From the NCBI GenBank assembly GCA_943787795.1, contig CALSNU010000006.1:64001-128000 (forward strand): 64,000 nucleotides of DNA, read 5' to 3'. Position numbers and translations under genes: made by a program. Source of the DNA: an uncultured bacterium. GTDB lineage: Bacteria; Planctomycetota; UBA1135; GCA-002686595. Under the pieces are notes generated by a model. That model was not told where the DNA came from. It was given only the letters and a program-made list of their open reading frames with translations, and did no database searches. Below, piece after piece: positions 57,115 to 64,000 of the stretch (its first letter is position 1; each line of letters opens with the position of its first letter).

Positions 57115-58527
57115 TCAGTTGAAGGTGACCTCGAGTCCGTCCGTGAAGTTCGACGTCGCGGAGCCACCGACGGCGTCCCGGAACCACGCCTGGAAGTTCC
57201 AGGTCTCTCCCGGCTGGACAGAGACGAAGCCGGTGGGCTGGGGCACCTGGGTGAGGTCGAGGGCCAGCGAGACCGATCCAGCGGCACCGGAGTTGAGGAT
57301 CTGACCGGGTCCGACGTAGCGCCCGATGGCGCCCCCGAGGCAGAGCACGCCCTGGCTGCCCCCCGGCTGCGCGACGGTGTTCTGTGCCATGCTCGTGAGG
57401 AAGAAGGCGAAGGAGTTCACCGGCAGATCCGACGCGCTGATGGTCAGGTCGTTGCTTGCGGCTGCCATGCTGCCGGTCGCGGACATCACGCCGGATTGGC
57501 CAGTCGAATTCGGCACGGCCGGACCGCAGAAGTTCAGCCCGAAGCCTCCCCCAGCGGGGCATGTGATGTTGTCCAGTTGGAAATGGGCCGGGCCGGTGAA
57601 GGGTTCCGGGATGGACCACTCGAAGCTCACGGTGACGGTCTGGCCGATGAAGCCGGCGAGGTCCACGCTCCCGGTCAGGGGTCCTGTGTCGAGGAGCGTG
57701 GTGTTCGCGGTGGCCGTGAGGATGTTCGTCGCCTGGAGCGAGGCCCCCGTTGACGGGTCTCTCACCACCACATCAAAGGTCCGGTCGAGGGTCGCCTGGC
57801 CGGTGAGCAGCATGTCCCAGCCTGCCCGGTAGTCAAAGGACAGCGGTGTGAGCCCGGAGGACACCGCAATCGCCTGGGCCAAGGTGATGGTCCCGATGTC
57901 ACCGTCAAACCCGTGGGTGAGGGCGAAACCTCCCTCGGTCGGATCGCTCAGGAAGAGCCCGAAGCCGGGGCTTGTACCGGCCGGATTGACCTGCGCAGGT
58001 AGGAACGGCCCGGCGAGATCCACGAGGGTCCAGCCGCCAAGGTCACCCGTCTCGAACCCAGGATTCACGACGCAGCCCGTCACCGGGGGGGCGCCCTCGG
58101 TGGCGATCAGCGTGCCGAACCCCGATCCGGTCCCGAAGCCGCCGACCCTCACGAAGTAGGTTTGCCCAGCGGTGACCGAGCTGACCACGAGCGTGCTCTG
58201 GAGCCCGCAGGCGTCGTCATTGCAGCTGATGGGGTTGAGCGCGGCGCAGCTACCGTCGAACACCTCGAGGGCGGTGTCGTAGCTCGACCCACAGGTGGAG
58301 ATGGTGAGGCTGACGCCCGAGTTTGTGGGTGTGTAGCTGTACCACAGGTCTGGCGCCGTGGAGTTGGCGCACAGCCAGGGCGTGGCGCTCAGGGTCGCAC
58401 CTGTGGTATCGAACGCGGTTGCCGTGCCGTTGGTGAGCGCGATGGCACCAGCGCAGTCATCGTTCTGCGCCAAGGCGGAGGTCGGGACGGACAGGGCGAC
58501 GGTGGCGAACAGGAGGGCTCTGTGCAT
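57115..58527 (-). CDS. Secreted multidomain protein with the same C-terminal domain as 41550..43163
   Basis: Signal peptide ending ALA-Q; NDDCAGA...DLWY...YDTALEVFDG...SCNDDAC module; NPGFETG module; C-terminus ending WNFQAWFRDAVGGSATSNFTDGLEVTFN. Confidence 0.82.
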   Translation of the reverse strand: MHRALLFATVALSVPTSALAQNDDCAGAIALTNGTATAFDTTGATLSATPWLCANSTAPDLWYSYTPTNSGVSLTISTCGSSYDTALEVFDGSCAALNPISCNDDACGLQSTLVVSSVTAGQTYFVRVGGFGTGSGFGTLIATEGAPPVTGCVVNPGFETGDLGGWTLVDLAGPFLPAQVNPAGTSPGFGLFLSDPTEGGFALTHGFDGDIGTITLAQAIAVSSGLTPLSFDYRAGWDMLLTGQATLDRTFDVVVRDPSTGASLQATNILTATANTTLLDTGPLTGSVDLAGFIGQTVTVSFEWSIPEPFTGPAHFQLDNITCPAGGGFGLNFCGPAVPNSTGQSGVMSATGSMAAASNDLTISASDLPVNSFAFFLTSMAQNTVAQPGGSQGVLCLGGAIGRYVGPGQILNSGAAGSVSLALDLTQVPQPTGFVSVQPGETWNFQAWFRDAVGGSATSNFTDGLEVTFN

Positions 58528-58712
58528 GCTGGATCAGGTCTGGGTCATTCGAGCTGTTCCCCTGACGCTAGGGGAAACACCTATTTCCTGCCCAGGCAAT
58601 CTCCTCCGACCGAGACGATGGCCCCGAATCAGCCCGAGAGGGTGGGTCGGCAGGTCTGGACCCAGGACCCTGCCGGGCCCCTGCAGCGTTCAGGCACACG
58701 CCAGCGTGGGAC

Positions 58713-58892
58713 TCACCGCGCCTTGGTGATCTTCAGCTTGTCTGCCTTGGCTCTCTTCTTCACGGACTCCTCGCTGCGGGTCAGAGCCTTCGCGATGGCC
58801 TTCAGGCTCATGCCCTTGCCGGCGAACAGTCGAAGTTTGGCGATCTCGCTCGGCGTCCAGGCCTGCCGATGGCGCTCGAAGTTCTGTCCCAT
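58713..58892 (-). CDS. Small basic helix-turn-helix protein (59 aa, absent from the ORF track)
   Basis: MGQNFERHRQAWTPSEIAKLRLFAGKGMSLKAIAKALTRSEESVKKRAKADKLKITKAR; WT-x-x-E Myb/GcrA-like pattern; AGGA upstream. Confidence 0.8.
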   Translation of the reverse strand: MGQNFERHRQAWTPSEIAKLRLFAGKGMSLKAIAKALTRSEESVKKRAKADKLKITKAR

Positions 58893-58964
58893 GGGGTGGC
58901 GGCGGTTCCTCGCCGGGTGTTCTTGGGTGCCGGATGTTCTTGGGAGGGGGAGGAGACGCCCGAG

Positions 58965-59180
58965 TCAGGGGGCGTTGAGGATGTTGCAGGTTCGCGACCC
59001 CGCGTCGTACCAGACCTGGGCATGCCCCGAGCGGAGCAGGGCGGTCACCTGCTCGGCCTTTCGGGAGGCCTCCGTGTGCTCCGTGCCGTCGCGGGTGACG
59101 AACTCCGCGACGATGGCCTTCAGTGCCTCGTCGCTGAGCTGATCCAGCGGGATCTGCACCCCTTCCTCGCCGTCAGTCAT
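58965..59180 (-). CDS. YheU (UPF0270) family protein
   Basis: IPLDQLSDEALKAIVAEFVTRDGT motif. Confidence 0.85.
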   Translation of the reverse strand: MTDGEEGVQIPLDQLSDEALKAIVAEFVTRDGTEHTEASRKAEQVTALLRSGHAQVWYDAGSRTCNILNAP

Positions 59181-59460
59181 CGTCCTCGACGGCCTCGGGG
59201 TAGAAGTGCGCGATGAGCTTGCGCACGCTCAACACCTGGTCCCAGGAGTTGTGCTTTCGCTGGTACTTGTTGAAGACCTTCATCTCGAGGTCCTGCAGGT
59301 CGTCGAGCAGCGGCTTGTCATGGGTGGTCCACTCCTCATCGCCTGCGCAGATCGAGGTGAACTTCCACTGGGCGCCGAAGAGCTGCGCCTCGACCTGACG
59401 CTTCCGCCCGTCCTCCGTCTTGGTCTTCCAGGCATAGAGATTTCGAGTCCGCTTCGACAT
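59173..59460 (-). CDS. Small hypothetical protein
   Basis: 95 aa, WKTKTEDGRKRQVEA...WKF...NKYQRK; overlaps the yheU-like start; typical codon bias. Confidence 0.75.
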   Translation of the reverse strand: MSKRTRNLYAWKTKTEDGRKRQVEAQLFGAQWKFTSICAGDEEWTTHDKPLLDDLQDLEMKVFNKYQRKHNSWDQVLSVRKLIAHFYPEAVEDDD

Positions 59461-59545
59461 GGAGCAGAGCTTAGCGCCTGGGGAGGTCGGCCCGGGCGAT
59501 CACCGCCCTTCCGTTGGGTCAAGGCGTCAGGGACGGGCCTGGCCC

Positions 59546-62446
59546 TCAGTCGCCCAGCTCCAACCAGTTGAGGTTCCACTGGTTCCCGACGGCCAGCAGG
59601 CGGATCGTGTGCTCACCCGGCTCCAGCGAGAGCAGGGCGCCCTCCACGGTAGTGTAGAGCTGCCACTCGCCCGTGTCCGGCACCTTGATCGCGTCCACCT
59701 GAGTGCCGTCGACCAGGACGGTGAAGCCGTCACTCCCCGACTGGGAGGCCAGCCGGTAGGTCAGCTTGAAGTCCCCGGCTCGCTCCACCTTGACCTTGAA
59801 GTCGACGGTGTCGCCCGGCTCGAAGAAGCCGAGGTTGAGCCCGCCACCCTCGTCACCGCAGGCCTCGGTCTCGGCCCCCTTCATCTGGGAGAAGAACTCG
59901 GCCTCCAGGCGGGCGGGGAGCGCGACCGCCGGCGCCGGGGTCCGAGCGACGTCACTGCGCCCGCTCTCGAGGCTCCCGCTGACGGAGGTGACCGTGTAGA
60001 AGTGGGCGCGGTCTGCGGGCGGCGCGTCATCCCTGAAGGTGGTCGCCGCGAGCCCGCGGGCGACGCGGACGCCCCTCTCTCCGGCGAGCTCCGCCCGGTA
60101 GACGTTGTAGGTGGCTTGGGCGGAGGAGCCCGGCGACCAGGTCAACTCGACGCCGTCATCGCCGACCTCGAGGGCCAGCTCGACCGGGGCCTTGGGGTCG
60201 GGGAACGGGATGCTGGGATCCCACGACTCGTGGCGGACCCAGTCCACCTCCATGACCCACTCACCGCTCATGGGGGTGTCGGTGATCTTCGCGTAGTTGA
60301 GGATGGCGAACATGGCCTCGGGGTACTTGTCTCCCTCTCCGGGGTTCCGGTGCACCTCCTGGCCGTCGACCCGATAGATCAGGTCAGCGCCGGCCCACTC
60401 CACGGAGTACTCGTGGTACTCGTCGAGACTGGCCACGATGTCCGTGCGCAGCGTCCACCAGTCCCCCTTGTCATTGCCGAGGTTCTTGATGGCCCCGGTG
60501 GTGAAGTGGTCCGCGGGGCCGTCGCCGTGGTGCTCGAAGATGTCGATCTCGCCGGAGCCCGTCAGCGGCCAGGGCACGGTCTCGTCGCCCTCCTGCACCG
60601 GCGCCTCGTTGTTCTGGGCACCGAGGATCCACCAGGCGGGGAACATGCTCGCCTCACCGTTGCCCCAGGTGCGGAGCCTGGCGGTCCACCGGCCCTTGAC
60701 GAACTCCTGGCGGTTCTTCGAGCAGATGCGGCCGGCGACGTACTGGGTGTCGGGGTGCTTCTCGCCCTTCTTGCTGAGGTTGTCACAGGGGCACGGCTCA
60801 CCGATGTTGATGACCTTGAGCTTGATGGAGCCGTTGCTGACCTCACGGGTGCCGTACTGGTTGTCCGGCACGTAGCACTGCTTCTCGTTGTTCACCCAGA
60901 TCATCTGGTCTTGCCAGTTGGCCTCGCTGAACGTGTCGAAGTCATCGAAGAAGTCCGTCTGCCAACCGCTGGGCTGCTCGGTGTCGTAGACCAGGGTCTG
61001 GATGGCGCGCGCCGGGATCGTGGTCGGAGCCTCATGCCTGTCGACGCAGAAGCGGTAGGTCACAGGCGCGTCCGAGAGGTTGAGGACCACCGTGGCGAGG
61101 CGGCCGTCCGGGTTCATGAACGACGTCGTCTGCAGGGTGCTCCGGGTGCTGACGGCGCTGACGCGCTCTGCGCCGGGGCGCATGAACTTCGAGAAGTGCC
61201 CGATGTAGCTGTAGGTCGGGGTGTAGATCAGCTCGCCCGTTTCACGCTCGGCGTGGACCGGGGCGAAACAGAAGTTCCCCACGTGGTTCGGGCCGCCCGT
61301 GTCATCCAGCAAGACGTTCCAGTCGATCCACCCGACCGCCCCGGCGTTGAGGTCGTTCAGGATGGCGTGGCCATAGCGCTCGGCGTTGGGCCAGTGCTGG
61401 TAGCGAGCCGGGTCAAAGCCCTCCACGGTGGCCTCGGTGAGCAGGACGTTCACCCCGGGGTAGGCCTCGCCGACCTCCTCGACGTTGCCGAACATTGGCT
61501 CGCCCCCCGCCCAGGTCTCGTACCAATGGAAGCCGACACCCCAGGCGTACTTGGCCGCCTCGGGGTCGCTGAGGATCGTGTGGGCCCGGTGGGTGACCAG
61601 GTCTCGATTGTGATCCCAGACGACGATCTTGCGGTCGCCGTAGCCCGCCGCCTCCATGGTCGGTCCGAGGTGATCGCGGAGGAAGTCACGCTCCTCCTCC
61701 GCCGTGTAGATCATGGACTCCCAGGTCTGCCGTGCGAGGGGCTCGTTCTGCACGGTGACCCCCCAGATCGGGATGCCCTCGGCCTCATAGGCAGCGATGA
61801 ACCTCGTGAAGTAGTTCGCCCACGCCGCCCGGTAGCGCGGCAACAGCTTGCCGCCCTGCAGCATGTTACCGTTGTCCTTCATGAAGGCCGGCGCGCTCCA
61901 GGGGCTGGCGCAGGTGGTCAGCGAGCCGCCCGCCACGCGGATGGCCTCGCGGATCATGGGGATGCGGAACCTTCGGTCGGGCGCCACGTCGAAGGTGCTG
62001 AGCTCCTCATCGCCGTCTTCGATGTAGGTGTAGCTCGCGCTTGAGAAGTCGCAGCTGTGGATAGGCGTGCGGATCAGGCTGTAGCCGAGGCCCTCCTCCT
62101 CGCTGAAGAGCGACCGCATGAAGCTCTGCTGGGTGGCCGGATCGAGCTCCGCATAGACCTCGGCGCTCGCGTCCGTGATGGCGCCCCCGAGGCCGAGCAG
62201 CGTCTGGAAGCTGCGCTCGGGGGCCACGAAGATCGCCGTGTCAGACTCCGGCGACTGGCGGGCCGGGAGCAGCTGAAGGGTCTCTTCGAGGGCGAGCCGC
62301 AGGTCCGTGTCCATCGCCGTGGTGTAGACCTCAACGCTAGTGCCGTCGGGGGATTGGGCCGCAGAGGCAAAGGAGACCGACGGCAGGGCGAGGAGGAGAG
62401 CCGCGGAGCGCGTTGTCATCATCAGATGCGTGAGGTGGTGTTTCAT
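59546..62446 (-). CDS. Multidomain glycoside hydrolase: GH30, GH16, FN3-like linker and CBM6-like module
   Basis: Signal peptide; GH30 motifs HSCDFS, ASPWSAP, VQNEP, WDHNR, FHWY, LTEA, GGPNHVGN; GH16 FPAWW and GEIDIFEH; ARLEAEFF...TGEWQLY...NLNWL. Confidence 0.88.
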   Translation of the reverse strand: MKHHLTHLMMTTRSAALLLALPSVSFASAAQSPDGTSVEVYTTAMDTDLRLALEETLQLLPARQSPESDTAIFVAPERSFQTLLGLGGAITDASAEVYAELDPATQQSFMRSLFSEEEGLGYSLIRTPIHSCDFSSASYTYIEDGDEELSTFDVAPDRRFRIPMIREAIRVAGGSLTTCASPWSAPAFMKDNGNMLQGGKLLPRYRAAWANYFTRFIAAYEAEGIPIWGVTVQNEPLARQTWESMIYTAEEERDFLRDHLGPTMEAAGYGDRKIVVWDHNRDLVTHRAHTILSDPEAAKYAWGVGFHWYETWAGGEPMFGNVEEVGEAYPGVNVLLTEATVEGFDPARYQHWPNAERYGHAILNDLNAGAVGWIDWNVLLDDTGGPNHVGNFCFAPVHAERETGELIYTPTYSYIGHFSKFMRPGAERVSAVSTRSTLQTTSFMNPDGRLATVVLNLSDAPVTYRFCVDRHEAPTTIPARAIQTLVYDTEQPSGWQTDFFDDFDTFSEANWQDQMIWVNNEKQCYVPDNQYGTREVSNGSIKLKVINIGEPCPCDNLSKKGEKHPDTQYVAGRICSKNRQEFVKGRWTARLRTWGNGEASMFPAWWILGAQNNEAPVQEGDETVPWPLTGSGEIDIFEHHGDGPADHFTTGAIKNLGNDKGDWWTLRTDIVASLDEYHEYSVEWAGADLIYRVDGQEVHRNPGEGDKYPEAMFAILNYAKITDTPMSGEWVMEVDWVRHESWDPSIPFPDPKAPVELALEVGDDGVELTWSPGSSAQATYNVYRAELAGERGVRVARGLAATTFRDDAPPADRAHFYTVTSVSGSLESGRSDVARTPAPAVALPARLEAEFFSQMKGAETEACGDEGGGLNLGFFEPGDTVDFKVKVERAGDFKLTYRLASQSGSDGFTVLVDGTQVDAIKVPDTGEWQLYTTVEGALLSLEPGEHTIRLLAVGNQWNLNWLELGD

Positions 62447-62573
62447 GAACAGGGGGAGAGCGGCGCCGAAGATAACCGCCGCGGCGGACTCCACGCCGGA
62501 CCGGTGGGCCCTGACGCCATGAACGGGCGCGGCGTGCTGACGCATCCGAGCCAGGCGCTCAACGTTGATCGTG

Positions 62574-62639
62574 CCCGACCCCGTCCCGAACCCGGCCCGA
62601 CCCCGGCGGAACCTCCGCGGAACCTCCGCGGATTTCCCT
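62574..62639. repeat. 11-bp-period GC-rich repeat array upstream of the GH30-GH16 gene
   Basis: CCCGACCCCGT CCCGAACCCGG CCCGACCCCGG CGGAACCTCCG CGGAACCTCCG CGGATTTCCCT. Confidence 0.65.
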
Positions 62640-62776
62640 GGCGAGAGGGCCTCCGGGCCGCGAGCCGCCGGCTCCACGCGCGCGAGGGGGCCGGAGCGCG
62701 CAGGTTGCGCTCCCCGCCTGTGCGCTCCCCCGTGCGCGCCCGCAGCTCGCCTGGCCCCGGCGGGCCTATGGGGCCG

Positions 62777-64000
62777 TCACTGCGGGACGCCTTGGGCTGC
62801 GCTCGCGCCGGTTCCGGCGAGGTAGCCGCTGGCGAAGGCCCACTGGAGGTTGAAGCCCCCGCACGGGCCGTCGAGGTCCAGGACCTCCCCGCACAGGTAC
62901 AGCCCGGGCTGTAGCTTGCTCTCCATGGTCTCGGGGCGAACGTCCTTGAGGCGGGCGCCGCCGCGGGTGATGAAGGCTCCGTCGTAGCCGGTGTGTCCCG
63001 TGATCGTGATCGGCGTTCGGGCGAGCGTGCGCGCAAGGGTGTCTCGGGCCTCTCCCTTGAGCCCCTGGACCGTCAGGTCGGAGGCGACCTCGCTCAGCTC
63101 GCACATCACCTCCGCCAACTCCAGGGGGAGGTGCTCGGTCAGCGCGTCTTGGACCGACCGCTTCGCGCCGGCGCGCCAGTCCTTGAAGATGCCTTGCCAG
63201 TCCTCCTGGGTCTTCCCTCGGCAGAGGTTGAGCACCAGGGGCACCTCGCCGTACCGGTCCAGGAGCGGAGAGAGCTCACGCGAGATATCCAGCACGACGG
63301 GGCCCCGCAGGCCGTTCTTCGTGAAGATGAGGTCTCCGGTGCGAGCGACCTTGGCGTGCTTCTTGATCGCCACCTGAAGGTGCGCCTTCCCGATCGTGTG
63401 GGCGGTGCAGCGCGCCGGCCAGTCCTCTGCCGTGACGACGGGAACGCCGGCGGGGTGGCGCGCGGTGATCTTGTGCCCGAAGCCCTCGGCGAACCGGTAG
63501 CCGCCGCCGGACGCGCCGGACTTTGGGAGCGCGAGGCCGCCGGTGGCGATGATGAGTTCCCGGGCCCGATGGGTCCCCTCCGCGTGCTGGGCCTCGAACA
63601 GTCCGCCCTCGAAGCGAGTCTCGAGCACCTCGCAGCCGGTGAAGACGGGGACCTCGAGCCGCGCGAGCTCGCCGACCAGGCCCGCGAGGACGGTGGAGGA
63701 CTTGCGGGTCTCGGGCCAAACCCGGAACCCGTCGTGGACGACGGTCTCGACGCCGATCTCGTGGAAGAACTCACGCAGCTTCGGTCCTCCCAGACCCTCG
63801 AGCGCCGGGCCCATGAAGCGGCCGTCCCGTCCGACGCGCTCCATGAACTGATCCGTCTCGAGGGTGTTCGAGAGGTTGCATCGCTGGCCCCCTGAAGCCA
63901 GCAACTTTCGTCCCGGTGAGGAAGAGCGCTCGACGATGGCGGCACGGCGGCCCAGTCGGGCAGCGCGGATGCCCGCCACCATCCCGGAGGCTCCGGCCCC
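62777..64000 (-). CDS. NAD(P)/FAD-dependent oxidoreductase, HI0933/YhiN family (5' end outside the window)
   Basis: GAGASGMVA at the window edge, GRKLLASGGQRCNLSN, ATGG, FTKNGLRGP, ITRGG, GEVLDLDGPCGGFNLQWAFASG. Confidence 0.92.
   Translation of the reverse strand, partial: GAGASGMVAGIRAARLGRRAAIVERSSSPGRKLLASGGQRCNLSNTLETDQFMERVGRDGRFMGPALEGLGGPKLREFFHEIGVETVVHDGFRVWPETRKSSTVLAGLVGELARLEVPVFTGCEVLETRFEGGLFEAQHAEGTHRARELIIATGGLALPKSGASGGGYRFAEGFGHKITARHPAGVPVVTAEDWPARCTAHTIGKAHLQVAIKKHAKVARTGDLIFTKNGLRGPVVLDISRELSPLLDRYGEVPLVLNLCRGKTQEDWQGIFKDWRAGAKRSVQDALTEHLPLELAEVMCELSEVASDLTVQGLKGEARDTLARTLARTPITITGHTGYDGAFITRGGARLKDVRPETMESKLQPGLYLCGEVLDLDGPCGGFNLQWAFASGYLAGTGASAAQGVPQ

Noticed and set aside
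59459..62044. 861-aa plus-strand ORF and similar long ORFs (41469..43274, 52298..54469, 19094..20776, 9376..10992)
   Set aside because: Antisense shadows of well-supported genes, expected in high-GC DNA; no motifs recognised.
1..64000. Genome-wide reassignment of TGA to an amino acid
   Set aside because: Many intact genes here end at TGA at their expected C-termini (for example pseB, asd and pstS), so readthrough is site-specific.

Overview
High-GC bacterial chromosomal window. Gene content (two sulfatases, PQQ-like propeller, Tat-exported Gfo/Idh/MocA, DUF6288-type protein, redoxin plus Cu-monooxygenase pair) suggests Planctomycetota; this is inference. No rRNA, tRNA, CRISPR array or mobile element was recognised. 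Main blocks: (i) an exported multi-thioredoxin protein at 5151-6462 that the ORF track splits into four pieces because two in-frame TGA codons sit at the first position of the catalytic motif (W-U-G-P-C and W-U-G-W-C), each followed by a SECIS-like hairpin, making it a probable two-selenocysteine protein; (ii) a TolC/adaptor/ABC export operon bracketed by a Cys-rich leader ORF and a Cys-motif lipoprotein; (iii) asd with a divergent ACT-less aspartate kinase, then an MltF-like gene; (iv) a phosphate locus (porin, pstS, PhoU-LMW-PTP fusion, pstCA, two asymmetric pstB) with 11-bp-periodic Pho-box-like arrays; (v) a pseudaminic acid cluster pseB-pseF-pseH-pseI without pseC or pseG, with a 24-codon coupled mini-ORF in the usual pseC position; (vi) two otherwise unrelated secreted proteins sharing a ~140-aa C-terminal domain; (vii) a GH30-GH16-CBM multidomain glucanase. 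At least two apparent +1 frameshifts lie in short C runs and are probably sequencing errors. All family assignments are from motif recognition by eye, not from database searches.
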